64,000 nt of DNA from Octopus sinensis (Eukaryota): contig NC_043015.1 of assembly GCF_006345805.1 (NCBI RefSeq), positions 31,000,001 through 31,064,000 on the forward strand, read 5' to 3'. The position numbers were made by a program, and so were the translations under genes. Positions 13,071-27,100 of the stretch are shown one piece after another (within the stretch, counting starts at the first letter, position 1; each line of letters opens with the position of its first letter). The notes beneath the pieces were generated by a model. It had not been told where the DNA came from and did no database searches. It saw nothing but the letters and a program-made list of their open reading frames with translations.

Positions 13071-13959
13071 TTATAATTTTGAAACTAAATATTAGAAATC
13101 ATATTAAAAACAATTGCTAAAATATTTTGTGTAGAGTAGAAGTATAAGAAATTTATTGTAAATAAATTTTAACAACAAAATTTTATATGGACCCTCAAGG
13201 GTTGTATGGAGCCTGGTTGAGAACCATTGCTTTAGTTGATAATCAAAATGCACATCTATAAATCAATGTGTCTGATGGAAATATATGGCCAGCAAGGAGT
13301 TCCAGTGAGTGGCAATCTGAAGAGGAAGGATTGAGAAATATTTCATGTGCATCCTAGGAGGTGAGATGCAGTAAATGTGATGGGAGGAGAGGATACATGT
13401 GGATTCAGATAGAGAGAGAGTGTGCTGCAAACCAGTTCTGAAGTGCTGAAGTTATTTTAATAGTGGTAGGGGATCTTTTCATTTTGACCGGCAGATTTTT
13501 AAAATAATTTCTATGTAACTAAAATATTTCAAACTTCGTATACTGGTAGAATGTGTTTATAAAACATTTTCATATGACGCCGCCAGAAAATGTTACGGCA
13601 GAAATCGTTTTTACCTTAATAGATGTCATTGATTGGTTGAAATTGCCAAAATGCAAAGAAATTAAACAACAAATATGTTACAAACTACAGAATTTTCTCA
13701 ACAAAGCCAAGAGAAAAAGATGTTTTATAAAGAAATTATTTTTAAAATCTGCTGGTCAAAGCAAAAAGATCCATGGTAGGAAAAAAAAAACCGGTGTTGG
13801 TGTGAAGTAAACTGTCATTGGGGAAAGGTGTGTGTGGAATAATAGTGTTCTTGTTGATGCCAAAAGGAAACAGGCTTGAAAATTGTATGACAAAGTCTTA
13901 CAGAATGGGGAAAATGCATCAGAGGAGTGATGGAGCACATGACATAGACAAAAAAACTG

Positions 13960-14090
13960 AGGACCAGCTTGTAGTTGGCAGTGATATTATTGAAATGGTA
14001 ATTAAGGATATGAAGGCAAGGAAAAGCAAATGAATTGTCAAGGAGGCTAGTTACAAAAAAATTCCAAAAATATCTGGTGAAGTAGGATAT
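13960..14090 (+). mobile_element. Old RTE reverse-transcriptase fragment
   Basis: VIKDMKARK...KISGEVGY resembles the RTE AIKDMKTGKAPG..KISGEVGY region; heavily decayed. Confidence 0.4.
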
Positions 14091-14162
14091 GCACCAATCA
14101 CATATTCTCCTCCTCCTCCTCCTCCTCCTCCTCCTCTACATCATCATCATCACCATCATCAC

Positions 14163-14226
<64 letters not shown>

Positions 14227-14648
14227 GTCGTTCAGCATCTGTTTTCCATGTTGGCATGGGCTGGACAGCTATATTCTGGAACTGGCTAGCCGGGGTGCTG
14301 TCCAGTCTCACGTGACATGGTTTCTATGGCTGGATGCCCTTCCAAATGCCAACCACTTTACAGAGTGTGCTGGGTGCTTTTTTTACGTGCCACTGACATG
14401 GGGTGTGCTTATGCAGCACCTGCACAAATGCACTTTATGTGGCACCAGCGCCTGTAACGGACAAGCCTGTAACGCATGGACATAGGCTGTAATGAATTAC
14501 ATAAGACCAAAGAAATATCACAACCAAAGACATAAATTAGCAGCAAGAGTGACTGAACCCAGTAAAAGAGTAAAAGAATATGTATGTATGTATGTATGTA
14601 TGTACGTATATGCATATATATGTGTGTGTGTATATATATATATAATAT

Positions 14649-14679
<31 letters not shown>

Positions 14680-14759
14680 CTATATATATATTATATATGT
14701 ATGTATATATATGTATATATATGTATATACTGAACCAAGTAAAAGAGTATATATGTATG

Positions 14760-14843
<84 letters not shown>

Positions 14844-15549
14844 GAATATACACAAATATACTAACATATGCGCACACACACCACATGCATTTACATAAAT
14901 ATACATGTGTGTGTATGCTTGTATGCATGTATGTATGTATGTATGTATGTTTATATGTACATGTATATATATATATATCAGGCACGAGGCAAGAGTAAAT
15001 ATCGAGATAGTAAGCATGCATTAATAAAATAAACAGTCAACAGAAGACCTTATCACTTTCGGACAATATGTCAAAATATGTTAGCCACAAAAGATATTTA
15101 CTTACACACACAACACACACACACACACAACTGAACACATACATATATACAAATACAATCAAATATGCACACACACGCATACACACAAATACACGTAGAT
15201 ATGCTGCACAGCATATAACGCACATACATATGCACACGCAACCAAGAGCAGAGACCCGCATGCACACGGAAGGGGGGTCCGCAAGCCTCTTTAGCATTTA
15301 AATGCCTTGTCCCTGACCTACGGCAGTTAAAGAGAGGGGACTGGGGTCAGGGCGGGGCAATTAATGAATGCGGTGGGGGATGTGGGTGAAGGTTGGTGGT
15401 TAGGTGGTGTGTGCTGTGTGGGAGGGACGGAGCAAGAGGGGCATGCATTAGAAGTTTCAATTGACCTCAATGCCATCCTGTTGTTACCCAGTTTATATGA
15501 ATGGCAGAAGGACTGTTTAATCTGTCTGTCTGCCTGCCTGCCTGCCTGC

Positions 15550-15584
<35 letters not shown>

Positions 15585-15714
15585 TTTATTTATTCATCTG
15601 TCTATCTATCTATCTATCTATCTGTCTTTTTGTCTGTCTGTCTATCTATTTATCTATCTATCTATCTATCTATCCAGCCAGCCATCTACCTACCCCATCC
15701 ATCCATCCACCCAG

Positions 15715-15781
<67 letters not shown>

Positions 15782-15872
15782 GGGAGAGTTTACGAAAAAA
15801 ACAAAAGACGAAGACAGGTGGTGTGCAAAACAAACAGATGAATTAGTATAACGCTCAGGAATAGAAAAAAGT

Positions 15873-15908
15873 CTTTTATGTTTCGAGCCTATGCTCTTCT
15901 ACAGAAAG
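15873..15908 (-). ncRNA. Degenerate hammerhead-like motif, same family as 62680
   Basis: CUUU-CUGUAGA-A-GAG cauagg CUC-GAA-ACAU-A-AAAG; stem III ACGU changed to ACAU. Confidence 0.4.
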
Positions 15909-16019
15909 GGACACAGAAAAAACAAGGAGAGAAACAAGGAGAGAAAAAAAATATGTATGTATGCATGTATGTATGTATGTATGTATGTATGTATGTATGT
16001 ATGTATGTATGTATGTATG

Positions 16020-16055
<36 letters not shown>

Positions 16056-17660
16056 CATCTATCTATCTTTCTTGCTTTCTTTCTTTCTTTCTGTCTGTCT
16101 GTCATCCTCATTGTCTAACATCCATTTTCCCATGCCGGCATGGGTTGGATGGTTTGATAGGATATGGTGAGACAGAGGAACACATCAAACTCCAATGTCT
16201 CCATGGTTTGACCCTCAAATACAAGATCAGTTTTCTTTTACCCTTTACCTATTTCACTCATTAGACCATGGCCATAATGGGGCAACACCTCGGAGAATTT
16301 TAGTCAAACGAATCAACCCCGGTGCTTATTTTTTTAAAAGTCCGGTACTTATTCCATCAGTCTTTTTTGCTGAACCGTTAAGTTATGGGGATGTAAACAC
16401 CTCAACACTGGTTGTCAAGTGGTGGTGGGGGACAAACACAAACACAAAAAAAACACACACACACACATATACATATATACATATATACAATGTGTTTCTT
16501 TCAGTTTCCATCCACTGAATTCACTCACAAGACTGTGAGGCTCTCCCAGGATTCTGTGTTGATGACAAGGGCCTTCAAATCTCTTTTTACAACATATATA
16601 CGATATATATTGACCACATATGCTCAATGTATGTGCTTTGCTAGTTCATCGGTAGGTTATGTATGGTTTAGTGCAAAACACCACGTGTAAAAAAACCTGA
16701 AAGTCATAGACAGGTGAGACGACTCACTCCAAAACCCATTCAGGAATGATGGACATTGATGTTTTGCCATTTTTGGAGGTAAACTGAATTCAGTTCAGGT
16801 ACGTGATGTTGATAAGCTGCAAAAATAGCAAAACATTGATGTCCATGGTTCCTGAATGGGATTTGAGGTGAGTTGTCTTGCTGTCTATCTAAATGACTTT
16901 CAGGTGTTTTAACACCTGGGACTATGAGGGAGTCATCCCCATTGTGCTAAGCCACAGTCTACCATTGAACTAGTACAGCACATACTTTGAATATGTGTGG
17001 TCAGTAATGTTTACAACACTAGCACTGCTTCTAACTCATATTTGAATATATACACATACATAGGCCAGGCATCATGGACGTCGGGGAAGCTATTGGTAAG
17101 GCTGGTGGTGGTGGTGATGTTACTGCCGTTGGCAATGCCATTACCATTGTATGCCAGCGCCGCCTCGACTGGTTTCAGTACTGGTGGCACATAAAAAGCA
17201 CCATCCGAACGTGGCTGATGCCAGCGCTGCCTCGGCTGGCTTCCGTGCCGGTGGCACGTTAAAAGCACCAACCAGTCGTGGCCGATGCCGGACTCCCCTG
17301 GCACCTGTGCCGGTGGCACGTAAAAAGCACCCACTACACTCGCGGAGTGGTTGGTGTTAGGAAGGGCATCCAGCTGTAGAAACACTGCCAGATCAGACTG
17401 GAGCCAGGTGCAGCCTCCTGGCTTCCCAGACCCCAGTCGAACCGTCCAACCCATGCTAGCGAGGAAAATGGACGTTAAATGAAGATGATTAGTGATGCTG
17501 CCATCCATTGTGGCAGTGGTGGCAATGAGGGCTGTGCTACTGGCTCTGTTGATGGAACTGGGCCTGTTGCTTCTGCTACTACTACTATAATGGTTAAGAG
17601 GTCTGGCATTGTGGGCGTCCGTGATGCCAAGCCTATTGGCAACTATAGTAGTAGTAGTAA

Positions 17661-18148
17661 TGACATGCATAAGATCTGGTCATCAAATCTAAGTAGAGAC
17701 TTCAAACTTGAAATCTTCAACGCCACGGTTGAACCAATTCTACTATATGTCTCAGAAACCTGGACATTATCAAAGAAGCTTGAGAGGCGGTTGGATGGAA
17801 CCTACACTCGCCTCCTTATGAGATCTCAAAATCTCTCGTGGAAGCGTCATCCAACCAAAACGCAAATATATGGGAAACTACCACCTGTGTCATCTCTTGT
17901 GAAAGGTAAGAGAGTCCAGTTTGCTGGACATTGTTGTAGAGCTGAAAAAGAGGTAATTTCTACTCTTCTCCTCAGGAAGCCATCTACTCGCAATACCAGA
18001 GGGCGCACACTCTCCTACCCTGATGTAATCTCCAGGGATACAGGCATCCAGCAACAGGACCTCCGTAATGCCATGATGGACTGTGAAGTCTGGCGTAGCA
18101 TGGTAAATTCCATTGCCTCGACCATGGTTGAACAATGATGATGATGAG
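17661..18148 (+). mobile_element. 5'-truncated RTE/RTE-X LINE 3' end with (TGA)n tail
   Basis: Open frame KIW...KLEIFNATVEPILLY.SETWT...RVQFAGHC; inserted in (AGT)n. Confidence 0.88.
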
Positions 18149-18454
18149 TAGTAGTAGTAGTAGTAGTAGTAGCAGAGGCAAGAGCTCCAGTTCCATCGCT
18201 GGCTATAAAGGCAACAGCAGCAGAACCGGCAGTGTGTGTGCATGTGTGAGTGTGTATCTGAAACAAGCTTCCTGCAGTTTTTGTCAACCGGATTCACTCG
18301 CAACACATTGGTTGACCCCCAAGGATGTTGTAGAGGACATTTACCCAGGGGTGTTGTGCATTGGAACTGAATATGAAATCACGTGCTTGTGAAGTGAACA
18401 CCATAACCACACAGTCATGCCAATGCTGATAGTGCATGCACGTGCATGTGTGCA

Positions 18455-18490
<36 letters not shown>

Positions 18491-18985
18491 TGGGGTACAT
18501 GTGCACTGTTGCAATGCCATTTAAAACATAACCCAGACAGACATTTCTGTGTCCTTAAATGTATATCTATTAAACCTAGGTCTGCAGTTAAGCTCACCAA
18601 ATACTGGCCAACTAAACTATGTGAAACTTTAAGTTTGCACAGATGGGTGGGAGATCTTTACATGTACATATATGTCTGCAGTGTTTGTGTGGTGTGTTTT
18701 TGTATGTTTGGCATCTTTGCATGATGTGTGAGTGTGTGTGTGTATGTGTATCTTTAATCATTGCACACACCTATCTTCTCATGTGTATGAATGTTTGGAT
18801 TATGTATGCATTGATGCAAATATGTTATATTTGATAAATGTGATGTCTGTACATGGGTATGTATATGTGTGTGTAAATACACACCCATGTATGGGTATGT
18901 ATATGTGTGTGCAAATATATATATCAATTAATAACACATATAAAAAGCTGCATGAGTACACAAACATTCAAATATACACACAATT

Positions 18986-19034
<49 letters not shown>

Positions 19035-19400
19035 TATACAACCTGAATCAATATGTCTGAAGAACATTTTAAAAATAAGGTTTAAATGAAAACACAAACA
19101 CTAAAGCTTAAAAATAAAAATAAAAATATTCAAAATCAATCACAACAACTAAACAATATTAAATAACTAAATAGATCAAATTAAAAATAAAGAGAACAAC
19201 ATCAATAGATAAAATAATCTGTTAGTAAAGGAATTAGAAAACAACATTTAAAGTTAATATTTGTTATTACTTAAGAGATTCAAATACAGCACTTAAACTC
19301 TGATTAGTGAATGAATTAAAAAGATTTAGAACAAATTCCTTGACATAGAAAGAAGAAAAGCATTTTATGGTGAAAAACATAATATAAACAGTATATTTCG

Positions 19401-19745
19401 TACGAGGTGGTATCAAAAAGTTTCTGGATTACTTTTGTAGCACACCAACAAATGGCTGCATACAGTTAGTTGCTCGAGCAGTGAGAGCTAGCAGTGACCT
19501 TCATGAGGCAGTGTGCTTAGTGACATCCCTGTGTTTACTTTGCAAGTTGTGAAATTTGTGTTTTTGTGATCATGTGTATGCTGCAGTCTGTGATTTCTGT
19601 TATGGTCAGGAAGATGGAACAAGGAGCCAAAGTGAAATTTTGTATTAAACTTGGGAAGTGTGCAACAGAGGCATTGAGCATGCTTTGGCCAGCTTATGGT
19701 GATGAGGCAAGGGGTCATATGCAATGTTTTGAGTGACATGGGCAC
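19401..19745 (+). mobile_element. Mariner 5' fragment (TIR plus HTH)
   Basis: TA|CGAGGTGGTATCAAAAAG; MEQGAKVKFCIKLGKCATEALSML..AYGDEA. Confidence 0.8.
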
Positions 19746-19983
19746 ACGACAGAGCTACAGCTCAATCAGGAGCAAACTCATAATTTTTTTTTTTTGACAT
19801 CTGCAGGATATTCTTCTCTACTCTAAGCACAAGGCCTCAAATTTTCCTTTGGTCCTAAGTCTGTTGGATCTGAGCTTGAAGCTAAATAACAACATTGCTG
19901 CTAGAGGAAATGAGCCATCTATAGCCACGAAAGTATGGGGAAAGAATAGACATGCAAAAAAAAAGAAAAAAGAAGAAAAGAAA

Positions 19984-20372
19984 AGAGTGGCTGTGTGGTA
20001 AGTAGCTTGTTTACTAACCACATGGTTCCTGGTTCAGTCCCACTGCGTGACACCTTGGGCAAGTGTCTTCTACTATAGCCTTGGGCCGACCAATGCCTTA
20101 TGGGTGGATTTGGTAGACGGAAACTGAAAGAAGCCCGTCGTATATATGTATATATATATATGTATGTATATGTGTGTGTGTTTGTGTGTCTGTTTGTCCC
20201 CCCAACATTGCTTGATGACCGATGCTGGTGTGTTTACGTCCCCGTAACTTAGCGGTTCGGCAGAAGAGACCGATAGAATAAGTACTAGGCTTACAAAAGA
20301 ATAAGTCCTGGGGTCGATTTGCTCGACTAAAAAGGTGGTGCTCCAGCATGGCCACAGTCAAATGACTGAAAA
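19984..20372 (+). mobile_element. SINE family A, full length
   Basis: Same structure; ends ~43 nt from the 28-nt micro-exon donor. Confidence 0.85.
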
Positions 20373-20414
20373 AATAAAATAAAATACAGTGAAAGATCTC
20401 TTTTATATACTAAC

Positions 20415-20442
20415 CAATTATAAAACAAGCCACTGCTGTGCC
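20415..20442 (-). CDS. SLC9A: NHE micro-exon, 28 nt: GTAVACFII(A)
   Basis: ttcttctctctcttgcag| ... |gttagt; phase 0 to 1; fills exactly the GTLWNAFFLG gap between neighbouring exons. Confidence 0.85.
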
Positions 20443-20733
20443 CTGCAAGAGAGAGAAGAAAGTCAAAAATAGCTGCTTCACAGAATCATGTTTATATGTT
20501 ATTGTTAATAAAATAAACATTTATATTCTATTTTTTATGTAATAATAATTATAAATTTAATACTAAATGTTCTTTGTTAATGTTTATATAACAATGTCTT
20601 GAAAAACAATTTAAAAGTTTGTTATAAAATTAAGTTGCCAGTTTTTATTGGCCGAATGTTTTGTGGTGTCAATTGTTCTTCTCCCCCAAATTTCACCCAT
20701 TTTAAAAGCAACACAATAAGAATGGCTACTTAC

Positions 20734-20815
20734 AAGAACAGCAAATAGAAGAACAACACCAAGATTATCATAGAAAATCCGATTGTTCAGACTATAGGAA
20801 GCTCCCAGAATAACA
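20734..20815 (-). CDS. SLC9A: NHE exon, 82 nt: (P)VILGASYSLNNRIFYDNLGVVLLFAVL
   Basis: tccttgttatttcag| ... |gtaagt; phase 2 to 0; matches NHE1 [28 protein letters not shown]. Confidence 0.93.
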
Positions 20816-21049
20816 CTGAAATAACAAGGAATTGATATGTTTCAGAGATACATTATATATTGGTTTCAAATTGTGGCACATGGCCAGTAATTTCAAGGAG
20901 GGAGCAGGTCAATTATATTGACCCCTGTGCTCAACTGGTTCATATTTTATCGAACCCAAAAGGATGAAAGGCAGGTTGACTTTGGTGGAATTTGGACTTA
21001 GAACATAAATATGGACTATACACTGCTAAGCATTTTATCGCTAGTAGGG

Positions 21050-21435
21050 TATTAAGAGCACCATCCGAGCGTGATCATTGCCAGAGTGGCTATCTGGCCT
21101 TCGTGCCAGTGGCACGTAAAAGACACCATTCGAGCATGATTGTTGCCAGCGTCGCCTTACTGGCACCTGTGCCGGTGGCATGTGTAAAAAGATTTGAGCA
21201 AGGTTGTTGCCAGTACCGCCTGACTGGCCCTGTGCTGGTGGCACGTAAAAAAGCACCCGCTACACTTTCGGAGTGGTTGGCGTTTGGAAGGGCATCCAAC
21301 TGCAGAAACTCTGCCAGATCAAGATTGAAGCCTGGTGCAGCCATCTGGTTCGCCAGCCCTCAGCCAAATCGTCCAACCCATGCTAGCATGGAAAACAGAC
21401 GTTAAACGATGATGATGATGATGATGATGATGATG
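21050..21435 (+). mobile_element. SINE family B; other copies at ~1408-1585(-), 14220-14400(-), 17153-17488(+), 23140-23340(-), 25855-26065(-), 30110-30250(-), 31436-31850(-), 36103-36345(-)
   Basis: Tandem gtgccggtggcacgtaaaaagcacc units plus the conserved tail. Confidence 0.85.
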
Positions 21436-21889
21436 TTAAGATTCTACCAGCTCACTGCCTTCGATACATCATATATTACTGTCCCTTATTGCCTGCTTCT
21501 CCTCACTGACATCGCTCATTCCTATTACAGTCATTCCCTGACCCCACTGCCCTAAACAGATATTTGCTGTGTTCACCTCAACATCCAACTCCGATCATCT
21601 TTCTCACTCTTTGAAAACTTACCTACCCACCCAATCTTTCTGCCCCTCCCTTCTTATTTTCCCTCTTGTTTTCACCTTATACCTTGTAAATTGCAGTGTG
21701 TAAAGTAATCGCCGATATTGGTGATAGGAATGGTATCTAACCATAGAAACTATGACAAAATTTGGATGCATTAATGAGATATGGTCCTCAGACCCATTTA
21801 GTAAGAAAGTTTCTACAACACCTGAAAGGTATATTATAAATTTTTGTAATAAAAGAATTATTTAACTAAAAGCTTGGATTTGTACCTTA

Positions 21890-22279
21890 TCTTCTTTATA
21901 TATAAAAGTGAAGTTGTGTGTCTGTCTCCTACGATTTAGATTCCTAACTACTCCCACATTTTGCGGTGCAGTGTAACCAAAACCGGGTATCTTATAGTCG
22001 TGATTCATATCGAGCCCTTCTGGGTATTAGCGCGCGTCTACAATTTAAAAAAAAATTTACCATAATTTTTTTCCATTTTAATGCATTTTTTCGCTATTAT
22101 ATAAGGGAAGTAACTCTCTAAAAATGTCTACGATGAGTCAACGATTTAAAAAAAAATTTACCATAATTTTTTTTCCATTTTTAATGCATTTTTTTGCTAT
22201 TTTTTGGCCATAACTCTCTAAAAATGCTTATATAGTTATTTCCCTTACAAACCCGAGCAACACCGGGGGATACTGCTAG
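21890..22279 (+). mobile_element. Non-autonomous Helitron, copy 2
   Basis: TC start, hairpin, CTAG|T end; extra partial internal unit. Confidence 0.85.
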
Positions 22280-25074
22280 TTTATATATAAAATGCTACAA
22301 TTAGCCGTCATTTTTGACAGCACAGGGCCAGCTAGCATACATTATAAAGTGCAAAGGACTTTGGTGCACATCTATGGCCTGACCACTGACACCTTTGCAC
22401 AGAAATTCTTTCACAAATATTTTCCAGATATCAATAAATTACAGTGTATTCAGAATTCTATATTTTATCATCATATATAAATTCTTTGTTGTAATTCCCT
22501 TTGTTATAATTCTTTCTGTAATAATTCTTTCTTTGTAATGATTCTTCGTCACAATTGTTCGTCATAATTCTTTTCAGAAATGTTTTCCACAAAAGTAACA
22601 CTTCAGAATATTAACGAACAATGAATGGATGGAAAGCATTTATTTGTAGTGTGCTACATTTGGATAATGCTGGACATTGGTGGCAGACAACAAGAAGATG
22701 TGTGTGTGCACGCACGCGTGTGTGTGTGTGTGCGTGCATGTGTGTGTGCATGTGTGTGTGTGTGTGTGTTGTGTGTGTGTGTGTGTGTGTGGTGTGTGTG
22801 TGTGTGTGTTTGTGTGTCTGTGTGTACATAGATTCAGTAGCTCAGAGTTCAACAAATACCCAACAACAGTGAATGATATGATAAAATTCTGTAGATAATG
22901 GGTTAGAAATCACAGAACAAATGTTTAATGTGACATAAATTCCGCCGAGGCCGACTTTGCCTTTCATCCTTTCGGGGTCGATAAATTAAGTACCAGTTAC
23001 GCACTAGGGGGTTGATGTAATCGACTTAATCCGTTTGTCTTTGTTTGTCCCCTCTATGTTTAGCCCCTTGTGGGCAATAAAAAAAAAATATATATATATA
23101 TCATCATCATCATCATTATCATCATTATCAGCACCATCATCATCATTTAACATCCATTTTCCATCCTAGTATGGGTCGGACAGTTTGACCAGAGCTGGCA
23201 AAGCCTGGAGCTGCACCAGTCCCCAATTGTCTGTTTTGGCATGGTTTCTACAGCTGGATGTCCTTCCTAATGCCAACCACTCTACAGAGTGTACTGGGTG
23301 CTTTTTATGTGACACCATCACCAGTGCTTTCAACATGGTACCATCATGTTATATATCATCATCATCATCATTATGATCATGTTAACATCCACTTTTCCAT
23401 GCTTGCATAGGTCAAATGGAACTGACAATGCAAAAAGCTGGAACAAATGCTGCTCTAGCAATTTTGCCAATTCATAATAACAATAACACTGTGTAACACG
23501 ATTTTTGTCCTAGGGGAGCAACTGTTATTTCCCATTTGCTTACCCTTAGAAAGTTTGAAAGATGGCTAATTTTCCTTCTAACTTTGCTTTTGTTACATTC
23601 ATTCAAACCCCAAAGAATCATTCTCAACACATGGCTACAATGCTTCCCCACTACTCCTGCTCATGATCAGAGATACACATACTGTCAACCACTAAGGAAC
23701 ATGCTCAAGTGGTTATGGTCAAGTGACTGACAAGCAAGTCTGTGTTGAGCAGAATTTTTTGCTATAATGATATTTCTGCATCAGCAACTCAGCACTGAAT
23801 CTGTCTGAAATGTAATGGAAAACAGGTCAGTTTCAAAACATTGATGTCCAGGTCACAAAAGCAAAATTTGAAGGGTAGATTAGTCATTTCCTTTGATTTC
23901 TAGATAGAAGCAAATAAAAAATAACACTTACTGACCAAAGACAAAAAAAAAAAAATAATTAAAGTTTTGTTACAAAGTGCAATCGTTTTTTACATAGGCC
24001 ACAAGTTCAGAAATTTGGGGTAAGGGGAACAGCCAATTATACCAACCCCAGTATTTTATTCTATTGACCTTAGAAGGATGAAATATTTAGCTGACTTCAG
24101 TAATGTCTGAGTTCAGAACATAAAGAGTCAAAGCAAATAGTTGTGCATTTTGTCCGGCATTCTAATACCTCTGTCAATTTGCCACCTATTTTGGAGAAAC
24201 AGTAATAGTAAAATTATCTCTGTGACATTTAGATAAGTACTTCCTGTAATTTTATTCACTGGTACATATTATGATATTCTGACATTAACCACAGGAAGGG
24301 TGGACAGTTTCGGCAGTGATTATTACTTTAGTAGGTGGGGGTGCCGCAGTAATTGTATTCAGGGAATTAGTGTAATGCCAGACATGGCATTATACTAAGC
24401 CAAGCCTTCCAACTTGGATTACATTGTGGGCCACTTTAGTCACAGAAGGTTTTTTGAGGGCCACTTGTATACTTTATGCACTAATAGTCAAATAATCAAA
24501 TTACAGAACCAAGAATTTTTCATACTTTTCGTTTACTCTTTTACTTGTTTCAGTCATTTGACTGTGGCCATGCTGGAGTATCGCCTTTAGTTGAGCAAAT
24601 CGACCCCAGGACTTATTGTTTGTAAGCCTAGTACTTATTCTATCGATCTCTTTTGCTGAATCACTAAGTTACGGGGATGTAAACACACCAGCATCGGTTG
24701 TCAAGCGATGTTGGGGGGACAAACACAGACACACAAACATAAAAGCAAAGTCGACCTCAGCAGAATTTGAATTCGAAATTTAAACACAGGTAAAAAAACC
24801 GCTAAGAATTTAACCCGGCACACTAATGTCACTGCCAGCTCGCAGTAAATGTAAGTAAATGAAAGAGAAAGCGAAAGAAAAATAAAATGAAACTGTTGAA
24901 AGAGTATCAAAAGATTTCAGAAGACTTTTTTTAATGTTTTTATAATTATAACATTACAGTGAACCATATAAAAAGCCACAAAGAGCAACATGTGGCCCAA
25001 GTATAAAACAGCAGCAACTTTTCATCACTTTCTCTCTTTGTGTCTTTCTTTCTTTCATTCATTCATTCATTCAT

Positions 25075-25106
<32 letters not shown>

Positions 25107-25414
25107 TTTTTCTAAACATTGCTCTCTATACCATAAACACCCGATATTTGTGGGATAGGTGGAAGGGCTACAATCAATAATATCAAGTTCTTCCACAGTA
25201 TAGCACTGATATTTATTATGCCATAATACATTCATTCCTACATGGACCCAGGACATAAGAACGACGGGGAGGTGAAAGTGAGGTGGTGGAATCCATGACT
25301 TTCTCAAAGGCGGAAGTGATGAAAATGAAGTAAAATTCAACCAAAAGAATTTACTTCTTTATACCATCAGATAGATAATTATAGGTATATCAGTAGATTG
25401 TTAGATGGAAGGTT

Positions 25415-25700
<286 letters not shown>

Positions 25701-25712
25701 ACAGATACTTAC

Positions 25713-25784
25713 GGAGGAAGTAAGACCAGGAAAAATATATCTGGTGAAAATGTTTCAGGTATAAGTTCATCAAGTGAGGTAAAT
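25713..25784 (-). CDS. SLC9A: NHE exon, 72 nt: (R)[23 protein letters not shown](P)
   Basis: attcattccattttgcag| ... |gtaagt; phase 2 to 2; matches the NHE1 DVFFLFLLPP helix. Confidence 0.93.
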
Positions 25785-26229
25785 CTGCAAAATGGAATGA
25801 ATATTAAATATATTGTTTGTTGTGTATATAAATACAGATATATATAAATTACATCATCATTATCATTGTTTAACATCCGTTTTCCTTGCTGGGTTGCACA
25901 GTTTGACCAAAGCTGGTAAGGTCAGGGGTCACACCTGGCTCCATTGCCTATTCTGGCATTGCCTATTCTGTCTGATGCCCTTCCCTAACACCAACCCCTC
26001 CACAGAGTGTACTGGGTGCTTTTTATGCAACACCAGCATCAGTGCTTTTAACATGACACTGGCACACGTATATAAATGCAGGTATATGAACTTATGCAAA
26101 TCATCATGATTTAAATGGGGTTATTCATAAATCAGGTTATGTAATTGTAATTAGTGTTTATGCACGAGTATCTAATACATATAAACACACATATTTGTAT
26201 GTATGTGTATGCACACATCTATGTGAATA

Positions 26230-26715
26230 TACCGTAAATCCTCGAGAATAGTCCGCCCTTGAGTATAATACGCAGGGGGCTGTACCTCTGAAAAACCTAA
26301 ACTTTGTGTATAATATGCACTTCTTCTCTAACTTGAGTCATGCATAATTAAGCCAGCAGCACCTATTCGAACAAACACTTCTGCACATGTGTAATACAAT
26401 AATGGTGATGTTCTTAACTGTTATATGGGAATGTAAATATGTTTGCAAATTGTTTTTGTTACATGTTATTCTATGTTCTGAATGCTTTTATTTTGATAAA
26501 TGTTGCTTACTGCAAGTTATGGATAATTCTTTTATGACTTCATTGCTTTCGGGCTTAGCTTAAGGTATTTTCATGCCCGACATCACAAAATGCATCTGAA
26601 TAAACATTGCTGGACAGCAAATAGAGACTCGGACATAACTTAGAAAATATTTTCTGTTTTTAACCTCGTATATAGTATGCACTAGGAATTTTGACCTTTA
26701 AATTTTGGGAAAAGG
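26230..26715 (+). mobile_element. Non-autonomous pogo/Tigger-like DNA transposon remnant
   Basis: TA|CCGTAAATCCTCGAGAATAGTCCGC 5' end with sub-terminal tataatacgca repeats; right TIR apparently lost. Confidence 0.5.
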
Positions 26716-26973
26716 TTCTTCTCAACCCTTTATTATCTTCGCTCATTCACCATCGTCTTCACAAAGTGTGCTGGGTGCCGTTTATTGTATCATGGAACCA
26801 AGAGAGGTGAGTCCTCATTAGTATATGTTGTCTCCAATGTCTTTATCTTAAATTTTAAAAGATCTTTCTTTTGAATGCTTATCATCATTGTTTACACCAT
26901 TGCTATCTTGTGTGTCCATCTCAACAACAATCATATGCACGTAAACATAACAGCTATAAAACAGTGAACTCAC

Positions 26974-27015
26974 CTTATAACGCAGCCAAATGCTATTCCT
27001 AAGCACAACAAGAAA
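26974..27015 (-). CDS. SLC9A: NHE exon, 42 nt: (C)FLLCLGIAFGCVI(R)
   Basis: ataatttcag| ... |gtgagt; phase 2 to 2; matches NHE1 CLLIVVGLLVGGLIK. Confidence 0.9.
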
Positions 27016-27100
27016 CTGAAATTATAGATAGAGAGATAAGTAAGTTATACATACATAAATACATACATACATACATACATACATACATACATACATACAT

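Noticed and set aside
17074-18235. Gly/Ser/Ala-rich frame that might be a gene interrupted by a SINE and an RTE
   Set aside because: Reads as aged triplet-repeat sequence (GGT/GAT/AGT), has no splice signals and lies antisense in an NHE intron.
21050-21300. Repeat-spacer-like array (gtgccggtggcacgtaaaaagcacc every ~60-65 bp) resembling CRISPR
   Set aside because: These are internal tandem units of SINE family B. The spacers resemble each other, the context is eukaryotic and there are no cas genes.
25071-25340. 89-aa minus-strand ORF inside the NHE locus
   Set aside because: No NHE similarity and no good splice sites; the coding gap is already filled by exon 20734-20815.
25713-25740. 28-nt micro-exon using the internal CAG at 25741-25743
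   Set aside because: Phase-incompatible with neighbours; the acceptor at 25784 has a better pyrimidine tract and restores [13 protein letters not shown].
26750-26815. Strong plus-strand donor AG|gtgagt suggesting an antisense gene
   Set aside because: No convincing acceptor or partner exons, and it abuts a truncated DNA transposon.
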